Assembly (NCBI RefSeq): GCF_009914755.1 | Contig: NC_060929.1 | Reading direction: 5' to 3' (one strand) | Length of the DNA: 64,000 nucleotides | Source of the DNA: the human T2T-CHM13v2.0 reference genome, Homo sapiens | In this document: in pieces, positions 1 through 13,730 of the stretch | Layout of the letters: each line of letters opens with the position of its first letter | Numbering within the stretch: position 1 is the stretch's first letter | Position numbers and translations under genes: made by a program | Notes under the pieces: model-generated | What the model saw: only the letters and a program-made list of their open reading frames with translations | The model's database searches: none | What the model was told of the DNA's origin: nothing

Positions 1-840
1 TTTAGTTTTCCAATTGATTTTTATACAGTGGTCTTATATCCTGCTTCCTTGTTAAGTTTAATTATTAATTCATAAGTGCTTTTTGGGGGCAGATTTCTTG
101 GGATTTTTGATATCAGCAAACGTAGTTTTAGTTCTTCTTTCCAATCTTAAATCACTTATTTCATTTTCATGCCTTTAAGGCATGAAAGCACTGCTGACCT
201 CTCATGAAATGTTGTATAGCAGTGATGAGTTTTGTCTTTTTCTGACCATAGGGGAAAGCATTCAGTCTACCACCATTAAGAAAAATGTTATCCATAATTT
301 TCTCACAGGTACCCTTGATAAGGCTGAGGAAGTTTTCTTCTATTGTAATGTATTTAACATTTTTATCATTAATGGGTGTTGAATATTGTCACATACATTT
401 TCTGCAATCGTTGAGATGGTCACATGAGTTTTTTTCCTTCATCCTATCGATATGATGAATTATACTGATTGATTTTAGATGTTAAACCAGTCTTACCTTG
501 CTGGGATAAACCCTACTTGGCCATGATGTATTATTGTCCTTTTTATCTACTGCTGCATTCAATTTGCAAATTTAATGTATTTTTGCATTTGGTTTTATCA
601 GGGATATCATGTGCTACAATTTTTTTGTGTAATGTATTTGTTGGTTTTATTACCCATGTCAATACTGGCCTCATAAAATGGTTCAGGAAATATTCCCTCA
701 TCTTCTATTTTCTGAAAGGACTTTCATACAAATGTCATTATTCATTCCAAAGTGTTGGGTAAAATTGATCAGTAAGCCATCTGGACCTGGAGTTCTAGCT
801 TAATTCTAGCGTGGTCAGAAAACTTAGTACAATTTCAATC
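1..840 (-). mobile_element. Old L1M ORF2-region fragment
   Basis: Degenerate T-rich antisense L1 ORF2 sequence. Confidence 0.7.
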
Positions 841-892
841 ATTTTAAATTTACTGAGCTTTGCTTAATTACATGTCACCCTTGACATACATG

Positions 893-1623
893 TTATTTTA
901 TTATTATTATACTTTAAGTTCTGGGGTACATGTACAGAACGTGCAGGTTTATAACACAGGTATACATGTGCCATGGTGGTTTGTGGCACCCACAAACCAA
1001 AGTAATGTCAAACCAAAGTAATGTCAACTACATTAGGTATTTCTCCTAATGCTATCCCTCCCCCTGCCCCCGACCCCCCACACAGGCCCCGGTGTGTGAT
1101 GTTCCCTGCCTTGTGTCCATGTGTTCTCATTGTTCAACTGCCACTTATGAGTGAGAAGATGTGGTGTTTGGTTTTCTGTTCTTGTGATAGTTTGCTGAGA
1201 ATGATGGTTTCCAGCTTCATCCATGTCCCTGCAAAGGACATGAACTCGTCATTTTTTATAGCTGCATAGTATTCCCTGGTGTATATGTGCTACATTGTCT
1301 TCATCCAGTCTATCACTGATGGACATTTGGGTTGGTTCCGAGTCTTTGCTATTGTGAACAGTGCCGCAATAAACATACGTGTGCATGTGTCTTTATAGTA
1401 GAATGATTTATAATCCTCTGGTTATATACCCAGTAACGGGATGGCTGGGTCAAATGGTATTTCTAGTTCTAGATCCTTGAGGAATTGCCACTGTCTTCCA
1501 CAATGGCTGAGCTAATTTACACTTCCACCAACAGTGTAAAAGCGTTCCTATTTTTCCACATCCTCTCCAGCATCCGTTGTTTCCTGACTTTTTAATAATC
1601 ACCATTCTAACTGGTGTGAGATT
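893..1623 (-). mobile_element. L1PA 3' end (5'-truncated)
   Basis: ttatactttaagttct...tgtgcaggtt and ttcatccatgtccctgcaaaggacatg; typical L1PA 3' UTR. Confidence 0.9.
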
Positions 1624-2179
1624 TTATTGGTTAGAAGCAAGTAACAGGTCCCACATATACTCAAGGGTACAAGGTAGCAGGAAAATTGGGGGCCATCTTA
1701 GATTCTGTGCATCCATAAGTACTTTCAAGTATTCTATTTTAGCTCCACCATTGGTTGATAAGCTATACCTCTGTTTAAACAACCACACCAAGATATAATG
1801 CAATTCCTAAAAATCAATAATAAAATCTTAACAGCAGTCATAGGGGACAAAAAAAGATACATTCTACCCCCCTCCTCCTTCAGGGATTCCAATTACATGT
1901 ATATTAGACTGCTAAATATTTCCCATAGGTCATTGAGGCTGTATTTTTGGTTGGCTTTTGTTTTGTTTTGTTGTGGGAGGTTTGTTTTGTTCTTTTTTCT
2001 CTCTGTGCTTTGTTTAGACTAGCTTCTATTGTGTGTATTCAAGCTCACTGATCTTTAACTTCTGGAGTGTCTAATCTACCCCTAATCCTATCCAGCAAAA
2101 TTTTCATTTGAGATACTATATTCTTTTTAACTCCTAAAGTCAAATTTAGTTATTTTTTCTTGCTTGTTCTTTTTTTTAT

Positions 2180-2760
2180 GGGAATATCTTTTTTAAAGTA
2201 TATGATTCTAGTGATTTTTTTTGTATAGTCACTAAGTTATACCCATCCCTATTATCTAATCCAGAACATTTTGTCACCTTCCCATTCTCTCCTCCCCACA
2301 ACCCCTGGAAACCACTTATCTTTGTCTCTATAGATTTGCCTATTCTGGACATTTCATAAAAATGGAATCTTTTACTTAGAATAATGTTTCCAAGATTCAT
2401 CCAAGTTGTTGTAGCATGCAACAACATTGCATTCCTTTTTATGGCTGAATATTTCATTGTACGGATATACTACATTTTACTGCTTCATCACTTGATGGAC
2501 ATTTCAGTTGTTTCCACTTTTTGGCTCTTCTGAGTAATGCTGCTATGAACATTTGTGTACAAGTTGCTGTGTGAACATATGTTCTCAATTCTTTTGGGTG
2601 TACATCTAAAAGTGAAATTTCTATATCACATGTTAACTGTATGTTTAACTTTTTGAGGAACTGCCAAACTGTTTTACCAAACGGCAGTGCCATTTTATAG
2701 TCCCACCAGTAATGTACAAGAGTTCCAATTTATCCACATCCTCACTAACACTTATCCAAA
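2180..2760 (-). mobile_element. L1MB-like 3' fragment
   Basis: ORF2 C-terminal remnant (TCTQMFIAALL...KKWKQLKCPS) plus 3' UTR. Confidence 0.75.
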
Positions 2761-5314
2761 TTAAGAAATACATTTTACACTGCAATAATAAATATATATG
2801 TGTTTAATTAAAACAAAAAGTTTACGAAAATACCTACTCTTGCTACATACAATGCACTCTGATATTTTGCATACTATTCTTTCTTTTTTTAATGTTATTC
2901 TACAATACAGATTTCACATCCAACATAAAGTTTCAAAAACAATGGTTTAGGGAATACTGAGTTTGAGCTGAGGTTCTTGTATAACATCCAGAAATACACA
3001 GTCAGAAGTCAGAAAGATATTCTGATCTTGAGTTCAGGAGATCTAGAATGAAGATACAGAACTGAAAGTCTTCAGCACATGGGTGATCTATGAGGTAGGG
3101 ATGTGATCAAAGAGATACATGGGAAAAGGGCTGAGGTTGGGGGTATCTATAATACTTGTGAAGTCCTTCTTTACATACAGTTCCAAGGATGTTAATTATT
3201 TTTCAATTCATTCAAATATCAAAGCAGTATTCCACTTTTAGTTTTGCATCAAATGTTGGAGTGCTACATTTTGTTTTCCATGATTCAAATTCATGCAGAA
3301 ATGCTTAGATTCTAAAAACTAGTTTAATCTGAGCTCTTTGTTCCTTAACTTCTTCCCCATTGCTGGATGATTACCTAATCTTTTTTATTTCATCACTAAG
3401 AGGTTACTGACAAAGGTATAGAAAAAAATGATTACAAGATAACTTAGCTTTTAAATACACAAGAAGACCTACAAATAAATTCAAAAGACATCTTCATCAA
3501 ATACTTTTAAACCCTTCAAGATCATAAACTATTATGATTTTTTAAAAGCTTCTCTTTTTTTTAAGGTTCTGGTTTAAGAAGTTCTGAAGGACATTAGCAT
3601 TCTATCTTTTTTTTTTCTCCCAAAGAGATTCAATGTTGTAACTGTTTTATTATTTGGGTTCATTTCATTTTGCTAAACATAAGCTAGAATAACTTTTTCA
3701 CCTTCATCATTTCTACAATCTCAACATCATCATCAAAATGCTGATGCTTCCTTCTTTTGAGAAAATGACAAGGGCCTCTGTTGCCCCAAAGGTAACTTGT
3801 TTCTTGCATTTCCAAATGATATAATAGTGCTTTCTCTAACTACAAATTGTTAAGATCTCTCACAAGTAGTTTCACATAAAAATCTTCCTATCATTTGAGA
3901 GAAGAAATGGCTGGATATCAACATATGATTATTCCATCTTAACTAATACATTATGCCAATTTTTTATCTTTTTCAAAATAAAAAAAAGATAGGAGGAAAG
4001 TATTACCCAATACTTTAACTTTCATGTTTTTATATCTGTAAGTATGACAGGTTATCACTGCCACTTAATGAGAAAACTGGGTCCAGAAAGGCAGTGATTT
4101 GTCAAAGTAGGTACAATCAGGTCAACAAACCAAAGAACTTAGTGATATTTTCATTGGTGAAATAAGAATAAATAATAAAAAGAGCATAAACAATCCAACC
4201 AAATAAACTGTGCAATCAATCTGAGACTTTTGCCATCAGGGAAACAATCATTTAGCTGGCTTGAAGTGGAATAAGTGAATAAATAATTTAACACTCAAGG
4301 AAACCCAACTGTTCCTATGATACACATAAATGCAATCAAGTACAGAATTATTCAGAATTGTTAAGTGCTTTCGGTGATACCTACCTTCGTCACCTTCTTT
4401 CCCAATATCTAATAGTTACATCAGATTTCTATTTTCAAATCACTAGAAACACAAATTTTTCATCTTTGCAAAGTAGTCCTGATCATTCCACTAACATGTA
4501 CAACGTCAAGAGCAAGCTATTCTTTTTGGGAGCTCTGAAAAGAAATGAAACATGAAGGTTTTTGAGACGGCCTGGAGTTCCCTGAAAGGCCAATGGGACC
4601 ATTGTTTGTTCAGCCAGAGAAGAAACTCAGAAGAGTTAATTGTAGTTTTTGACCAACAAAAGGAATTAAAAAAAAAGTCACAGTTTCATTTTCACTAAGA
4701 ACAGGTATAAAAAATAAAAGGTTTATACTTAGCCAGGATTCAGACTACACATCAATTAGTAAAAATTCTTGCCTAAAGAAAGACACAGCAAGAGGAACTA
4801 TTTCTCCAGAGATTTTCAAAGAAAAGGAAACAGGCACCATTGGAAATTGTTTAAAATTAGATACAGATTCATCCATGCACGTGATGATGCCCTTTCCTGC
4901 ATAGAGTCTCAAACTGCTATAGCATTTTTATGACTTTTTTTTGCTTTTATGCTTAGAAAGTCCTTTAGACACCTAAACACCAGGCAAATATCAACTGTAT
5001 TTTATATACAGATATAAATATGTACTTATTTGCATTATTAACATTTCATTTTCTAATCCAGTTGGAATTTATCCTGCTGAAATGGTGGGAGAAAGGTCTT
5101 AAACTTCTTTCCCAAAAGTTCTATGGATTATCCTAGTGATCACTGATATAAGTAGCTTGTGTAGGATTCCTCAGGACCCGACTGAGGGGGTGCCATGGCA
5201 GCTCTGGGATGACTTGGGGCCGGCCCTGTCCTGGGGTAAAAACAGCTCCGGTCCCTGGCCCTGACTGCTGAGGAGGCAGCTTCTGTACAGCTTCTCCGGG
5301 GAGCTTTTCTTACA

Positions 5315-6440
5315 TTGTCCACCATGTTGCTGCAATGACATGATTCCGTGAATTTTTTATGGTGAAGAGCATTCCACTGTGTATACACACTGCATTTTCT
5401 TTATCTCTTCATCTGTTCCTGGACAGGTAGGTTGATTCCACATCTTGAGTGCTGTGAATAATGTGTCAAGAAATGTAGGATTTCACGTATCTCTTCAATA
5501 TACTGATTTCATTTTCTTAAAATGTATATTCAGTGGTGGGATTACTACAGCAAATGATAGTTGTATTTTATTTTTTGAGCAAACTCCAACTATTTTTCAT
5601 AGTGTGTATACTGACTTAAATTCCACCCTACACTGTGTAGTAGTGTAATAGTACCCCTTCATCCAACTCCACACTGATCATTTCATTGTAAAAAATTTGT
5701 TTCTTTTTTGTAACATTAATTCCAATTAGAGTGGAGAAGATATCTCAGTGAGTTTTAATGTACATTTTCTTGATGATTAGGTATGTTGAGAACCTTTTCT
5801 TTTACCTGGTAGTCAAATTCATGTCTTCTATTCAGAAACATCTATTCAGGTTCTTTGCCCAATTTCCATCTGGTTATTTGTTGTTTTGTGTTGTTGTTTT
5901 TCCTACTTAGTAGTGGTAATTTCTTATACATGTTAGATAACAACCCTTTCAGATATATAATCCCCCATAATTTTGTCCCAATCTACTGGATGCCTTCTGT
6001 ATTGGTTCATTCTTTTCTTTCCTATGCAGAAGCTCATCAGTTTTCTATAGTCCCACACTTGTTTTTGCTTTTGTTAGCAATGATTTTTGTGAAAACAGAA
6101 AAATTATTTCCAACTCACTTTATTGGCAGAATCATTTTCCTCTATGTTTTTCTCATATTTTTCTTTTTGCAACCTGTGAACATAAATTTGAGTTTCCCTA
6201 AACATACATTCACCCTATGTTTTCTTTTAAAAGTTTCATCATTTCTGATATTAAGTTTAGGTCATTAATTTATTTTGAGTTGATTTTTGTGTATTGTGCA
6301 ACATAACAGTCCTCTTTATACTTCTTTATATGAATATCCAGTTTTCTCAAAATGGTTTATTAGACAGACTCGCCATTCCCCATTTTGTCTTTCAGATGTT
6401 CTTTCAAAAAATGTGTTGACTATCCATTTGTGTTTATTAT
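5315..6440 (-). mobile_element. Diverged L1M 3' ORF2 fragment
   Basis: Degenerate antisense L1 motifs (tgtatacacactgcattttctttatc, tttcttgatgattag, ttgagttgattttt). Confidence 0.7.
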
Positions 6441-6624
6441 TTGGTTGCCTCAATTTGTCCACTGCCGAGTCAGCTCCTTGCCCAGAGTAGGAGCTATCAG
6501 GAGATGTGCGCTCGGCACGGCTGCAAGGACCAACGGAGCAGCCCAAGCCAGTGACGGCCTTGGACGGGGAAAGGGAGGACATGGAGACCAAGAGCAGGCA
6601 ACCTGGCCCCACCAAGCAGTGAGG

Positions 6625-7148
6625 GCTTTGCTTCCTCTTGGGATGCCTTGCACATCTGCAACAGGCACTGTGCAGGCCCTGAAAAGCATGGCTGTTCTGG
6701 AAAGAAAGGCATTTCTAACCAAAAACCAAAACAAAACAAAACAAAGAAGCAGAAAAGCCTTTAGAAGTTTCCAAAACTCTGGTTGCCATGAAAGAAATTC
6801 TGCAAGCACAAATAAAAACCAGCCACAGACTGAAACTGCACTCAACCCACTCAGGAACTCTGCAACTGTGGGCTCTTTAGCACTTAGGAGCTGATCCACA
6901 GCTTGCTGACTTTGAGAATCAAAAAGACATGTTCAAATTTTCAACAATATTCTCAGAAGACAAATGAGCGCAAGAACTCCTACTGCTGAAGACATCTGTA
7001 CCTAGCAGAATATTGTGCTCCTGTTATTGAAAGGGTGTGAACCTCCAGAAATACCTCTACATTGTGGATAATGTTAGAAGAATGCATCAGACATGAACCA
7101 CCTACAAAGAACATTTTGTGGTGGGAACAGTTTTATGATTTCTTCAGA
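6625..7148 (+). pseudogene. Processed pseudogene of CAB39 (MO25 alpha), codons ~1-171, frameshifted and 3'-truncated (probably the locus called CAB39P1)
   Basis: Piecewise translation gives KSMAVLE...VSKTLVAMKEIL...PQTE...DFE..KD..QIFNNILRRQ..RTPT.E.ICT*QNI..LLKG.EPPEI.L.CG..ECIRHEP...[10 protein letters not shown], colinear with recalled CAB39; no introns; stops and frameshifts. The pseudogene name is from memory only. Confidence 0.88.
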
Positions 7149-7799
7149 ATTTTGCCTTGAGAATATGAGAATGTGTCTTCAGTGGTCCAGAAGATCCGCT
7201 GCCCACGCCAAGCAGTGGGTGAAAAAAATCCACATCTGGTCACATAACAGAATATACCCTGGGGAACAATTCATTGAAGCTCAGGCTGAAGACCTGGTGG
7301 AGGAGCCTCCAGATGACAGGTCAGAGGAGGAGACCTTATTTGAGGTCAAGGTAGACTCAAAAGCAAGTGAAAACCTTCCCATTGAGGAAATATTGGAACA
7401 GCTTCCTCATTACTGGGCATTGGAAAAGGTCCCATGAAAGACAATGGCAGCCTCAAGAATCAATGAATATGATTAGCCCCTGGACATCATCTATGAGGGC
7501 AGCTGTAACGACGAAGACTCATCAGCTGCTCCTGAGGATCTTCTCAGCAGAAATGAGGAAGATTTCTTCTCAGGGAAATGACATGTTCCCACACGTTGTC
7601 AACTTCATGTGACCCAGAGTGGATTCTGGAGAGCATAAGTGATGGGGAGGACTCTCCAGCTCCCTGCAAGGACCATGTGGAAACCAGATCTGAAAAGGAA
7701 GAAGGCACTGGCAATATATCATCAACTGCCAGGGAAAGCAAGTGGATTCTGGAAAGGATAAGTGATGAGGAGGACTCTCCAGGTTATTTCTCATCCTGA
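7149..7799 (+). pseudogene. Unidentified decayed acidic reading frame with three internal repeats, abutting the CAB39 retrocopy
   Basis: ORF 7093-7437 continues in the same frame past two stops (LDIIYEGSCNDEDSSAAPEDLL), then shifts to ORF 7578-7799 (WILESISDGEDSP / WILERISDEEDSP); AATAAA at 7872-7877. Confidence 0.4.
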
Positions 7800-10561
7800 T
7801 AAGTCTCATTTGCATCATATGGGTCCTATTAGCACAGATATCTCCAAATGGGCCACTCTTCTATTACATAGAATAAATTGCTCAGTACAGGGCCTCCAAT
7901 TATAGCTATTTTCCTCCTTGCCATCTACTATAAAATAGTCAATCAACACAGGGTTCTAGGGTCTCACTGAAATTGTGGTCAGCCTTATTCATAGGATCAC
8001 AGAGTTCATCCACAGAACAGAAAACTGGTTGGTGGCTAGTGGCTGTCCTAAGTTAATAAGTGGGGCACACTATCTGAACTTTGCCATTTTTCTAACCATT
8101 CTGGCTATCCTGGGAATCTCCCCATACACTAAACCCATTCCTGGTGTACGTAATGTCAAAACTGTTCAACATGAATGATGTCCTGTGCTGATGAGGATGA
8201 AGAGACACCCTCACTCTCCAAAGCTGTTGGAAATAACCTATATAAAGGACCAGTGGAACAATTTGTCTATTTTGTTGCTGTTTCATTAATTCACTATGAG
8301 ACTGCATGCCTGGGCACTGTGCCCTCTGCCTGAACCTGGGGCACCAGGGGCACTAAAAGGCCATCTGTCGGGGCAGCCCAGGCCACTCAGAGCACACAGG
8401 GCCACGGCGATGGCAATGCTTGGCTGGAGCACTCCATGCCCGTGTCCTGGAAGCCACTCCTCACCCCAAATCGGCTGCCAGGCATCATCCCAGGTGCTAG
8501 GATCATTGATGCCACCACCACAGGCACGCTGGGGAAAGGCGGCTGCTGCAAACTGAGCAGCAAGCCAGGCCACCTGCCTTGATTGGAGCCTGGTCCCACT
8601 CAGCCCCAAATCCTGCAACCTCCACCCATCTGGCCAGAGCGCCCCCTCTGCGAAGTCAGGCCCAGCGGCCACACGGAACTTTGCCCAGAATATCCAGCTC
8701 CTGCCTAAGAGCCATGGGTGCATCTGCCCCCACAAGACCAAAGCTGGACAGCAGTGGCTACTCCGACCTGGCCTCTGCCTTCTGCAGTGCCCAGCACAGG
8801 CCTTGCTTCAAGGGCCCATGGCCTCCGAAGTGCTCAGCACCCAGGGCCTTGGACATGTGACCACCAGGGACCACTGGCAAACTAGCAGGGGTCCCTCTAG
8901 GCTGGGTCCCTGGTACCACTTTATATAAGCCAGCCTGGGGAATGGAGACCTCCACAGCTGTGGGGATAATGCAGCATCCAGGTCTGGGATTTTAGGTGGC
9001 TGTGGTGGTGTTGGGGACAGGAGACTGAGGCAAGTTGCCAGTGGACTTCTGGAAGTGAAGAGAAGTCAGGGGAAATGTCTGTCCCTGTCCTTGTCCTGAC
9101 GCCAGCAGAATAAGCCACAGGCTGGGAGATTCCTTTTAAAACCTGCATTATGCCCTCACCTAAGTACTACCACAATCATTTCCTTGAGTGCCTGCTGTGT
9201 GCCAGCTGCTGTGCCAAGCTCTTTGTGTGTATCTGAACTTCACAAAGGCCTTAAGGCAATAGTTAATAGCATTATGCCATTTCACTTCTGAGGAATCTGA
9301 GGCTAGGGGATAACTTGCCCACAGTGAGTGCAGAAGCCAGGACTGGAATCCATGTCTGCTTCTCTCTAGAGCCTGGACTCCTTACCCCTGAAGTTACTCT
9401 CCTGCCTTCTCTATGGTAGGTACTGTTCAGTTAGTGTTCACACTTTAACAAGAGGAGCTGGCCCTGCTGCCTTCCTTGCCTCTTCTCTCCTTCCTTACTC
9501 TGGTGACTTCCTCTGGCCAAGGAGAGGATCTGCAAGACTCTCTCTCTACTCCATGTAAAATGACTGGATTCTTGTGGAGAAACTGTGAAGTAGACTTGGG
9601 AAGCACACAAGAAAGCTATGCTGGAGGCTTGGGAAAAAAGAGTAGCTGTAGGCAAGTACTCCAATAGAAGCTCTGCCTTCACCGTGAGAACATGCCAGGG
9701 TTGGCCTGCTGGAGGGAGACATGTGGAGCAGAACTGAGTCACCCCAGCCAACCTCCAGACCTGGGAGGCCCCTACCAATAGCCTGCAGTCCTGGGAGTGA
9801 GCCCAGCTGAGACCTGAAGAGCTGCCCAGGCTAAATCACCAGCCTGTAGATTTGTGAGCTGAAAAGAGAAATGATAAAGAAAGTGTTCTTGGAATTCATT
9901 TCTGGCAGAGACTTGTGAGCTTTGCTTTCATTTGTTAGTGAAATGCTTGACATTTTTCCTTCACTTTACAAACATTATGTGTAAATTACTCAGAATCCTA
10001 ATTGAAAGTAATTTCACATTAATGCAGGCTATAAAATACCATTTTATTTGAAACTATGCCTCAGAAATAGATAGTACAGGGCACCCCTTTACATTCGCAA
10101 ATTATACCCACAAATCCAGGAAGCACAATGTTGGGTGTGTGAGACAGAGACTTAAAGCTACTACCAAGGAAAATGCAGAAGAGGCAACCATGGACAGGTA
10201 TAGGCAAATGGCAGAGAGTGGCATGCAGTAGAGTCTGCAGCAGTGAAAAATCCAATTATGGGACGCTAAACTTTAAAAGCCAACTTTTGCACATCTGCAA
10301 TCTCTGGGTGACCAGTACCCTTCTAAGAATTTAATCTGCCTAGACACCAAGCAAGGGCCAAGAAGGAGGAAACAGAAGCACTGGCATGCATGGTCTGAAT
10401 GAGGAAGCCAAAGAACCCACTGTCTTATCAGTGTTTTTTCCTTCCAAGTCAGACACATACAGCAGACTTCCTTTGCAACCACTTGCTGACCATACATTAT
10501 CTGCAATCGTGAATCTTGGAAATAAATCATTCCAAATGCTCTTAAAAAATAAAAACAAATA

Positions 10562-10952
<391 letters not shown>

Positions 10953-11071
10953 TTAATGAGTACCTAACTCCACTTTATTCTGACAATCTTGGTAGGCAGC
11001 AACAGTCATTATGTTTTGAGGTAATTCAACATCCTTACCTTGGCCCATCTGCATCTTTAAAAGCTCCAGCC

Positions 11072-11252
<181 letters not shown>

Positions 11253-13326
11253 ACTCCGGCCATAAGCCCTGGGCTCTGAGAGCAGATAGCACCATTGGCA
11301 AGAACTTTGGACTAACATGGGCAAAAGCCCTCTGTCTGGTCAAGCACACAAACTAGGCACTCTCTGCAAAAAAACAAAACAAAAAAAAATTGTTTTCCCT
11401 TAAGAATTACCATGGGATAGGGACCCTGACATAACTTGAAGAACATAAGGGCAGAGAGGTAATAAGGCAAAGATTTCACTGCTCCAGAGGGTCTCCTTGA
11501 AGTCACTAGACAAAAGAACCAATGAATGGAAACCCTAACCTTAAGGATGTTTCTAGGTTAAAAATCACAGGCGAAGATCTCAACCTATTGAGTTAAATGA
11601 TCCAGTGCATAATCAATCTAGTGAATGTCTATGGCATTTTCTATATTTAACATTTAGGAGAAAGGGAACAGCAAAGAGCTATTATCTCAGTATTCCAGCC
11701 TCCTAACAAATAAACCAGGAGTTGCAAGCTCAACTGCCTACGGGAGCAGACAAATGAAATAAATAAGTGAAGAGAGTCAAGTGAACTTGGCTTCAGAGTC
11801 TGAGAAGCATGAGGAGTATTAGAGATTTGGCAAATTGGAGTTCACGCTCCTTGAACACTTGCTGCTTCTAGTGGGAGCACTCACTATGCAGCTGCAGCAG
11901 TTTGTATCACCAAAAATTCAAGCCCAGGGCTGCCAGATCTTCTAAATTTTTTTTAAAAAAACAGAAATATGAATTCTGATGTGAATCTCCCATTTCTTAA
12001 GGATTGGCAATTTAATTAAATTCTCTTTTTAAAAACACAGGTCAAATCAGACGTTTTCATGGTGAATTTATGTGGGCCATATTTGGCCTACAGATGAACA
12101 GTGTGGGTTCTCAGATTATACAGCCTACAAGTCACTCAATTTTCCAAAACAGTCTACCCTGCTCCTGTAGCCTTTTCTGCTTCCTATCTGCCTCCCTCCT
12201 TTCCTCAATATGCCAAATTATTGCATGCTACACATCTCAACAGACTCTAGGTTGGGTATGGAGTGTGAGTAAAGAATGCTACTCTATCTCAATCACCACA
12301 TTCAAGAGTCAGCTGAGCTCTGATCTCACTACAAGGAATTGCTATTTTGGAAATGAAGATCAACTACAATGGAGTCATACTTGCAGGTCAGACAGCTGGG
12401 CCAAATTAAATAATTTTTTTAATATAAGTAACAAATAAGTCTTTCATCTCCAAAACTGCCAAGTCTTTTTTAAAGAATCTTTAGATGTCCTATCTCATGT
12501 ATCAGTGATGACTAACTGCTCTCATACAGCTTTGCCACCAAGCCCAACCGTGCCACAAGCAAAGGAAGAAACCTCAAAAGAAGTTTATTAACTAAGCTGA
12601 ACATCACTTCCATTGAAAACACTGTAGAATTTTTAGCTTCTCCGCAAAGTAGACTTATTATTTACTTTAAAATACTTTAATGATATCCTATTCCAATCAA
12701 AGTAAGTAAAAGGTTTAAAGGATGGGTCAGCCCCACTGGGATCCAACCTACATATGTAGATATTTACCTTTTCCCACAGAATCTAACAGGATTGCTATGT
12801 TAGATACTTTGTTAAACAGATAAACTGTGGTCTTCCGTATCTAGAAGGCCTTCTTCTTTCTTCTTCCACTATGAAAGGATCTAAGAAAATAGTTTTCGAT
12901 GTAAGATATCTCAAATATATTCACTTGAACAGGACTGGATGAGGCAAGGTTAATGTATTACCATCCATATGCATTAGTGCATTCCTGCTGATACCTAAAG
13001 GCAATAAATTCCCCCAATCTGCCCATCCTTTTCCACCCTGAAGCCACTAAAGATGATATATTAGAGGGCAGCTGACTCCGATACTAATTTAGAAGCAGCT
13101 TTCATGCCTAGCTGAGATCAAAATGAATAATTGTGATAAAATAGAGCAGTGACATCGTAAATATAACTGATACAAATTGGAATTTGTTTTTGAAAAAGTT
13201 TCCAAAACAGATACTTTTACTATAGAACATTATAAAAATAGAAAATGAGAATGAAATCTAAGAAGTTATTTTTAATACAATCTTTAAAACTCTTATTTTG
13301 CCAGTGGCATAAAGGCAGTAAGTGGC

Positions 13327-13730
13327 TGGTATGGTTTGGATCTGCATCCCCGCCCAAATCTCATGTTGAAAGGTAATCTCCAGTGTTCGAGGTGGGGCAT
13401 GGTGGGAGGTGATTGGATCATGGGGGCAGTTTCTAATGGCTTAGCACCATCCCCCTTGGTGACACTGTTGCAACTGTGAGTTCTCCCAAGATCTAGTTAT
13501 TTTAAAGTGTGTAGCACCTCCCCTAATCCTTTTGGTCCTGCTCCCGCCATGTAAGATGCCTGCTCCCGTTTTGCCTTCTGCCATGAGTAAAAGCTCCCTT
13601 AGGACTCCCCAGAGGCAGACACTGCCATGCTTCTTGAACAGTCTGCAGAACCATGAGCCAATTAAACCTCTTTTCTTTATACATTACCAAGTCTCAGGTA
13701 TTTCTCTATAGCAATGCAATTCCTAATACA
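13327..13730 (+). mobile_element. MST (MaLR) solo LTR
   Basis: TGGTATGGTTTGGATCTG...CTAATACA; near-TSD GTGGC/GTTGC. Confidence 0.85.

Noticed and set aside
6385-6899. 169-aa and 149-aa ORFs as real proteins
   Set aside because: They begin in or run into L1 sequence and are mostly out of frame with, or antisense to, the CAB39 remnant.
8286-8860. Overlapping 70-151 aa ORFs in the GC-rich segment
   Set aside because: Expected by chance at high GC; no recognisable domain or splice structure.
5143-8938. Similar words cactgatataagtagcttg (~5143) and cactttatataagccagcctg (~8917) as a TSD for the foreign block
   Set aside because: Needs several indels to align, and both could be decayed L1-like sequence; not reliable by eye.
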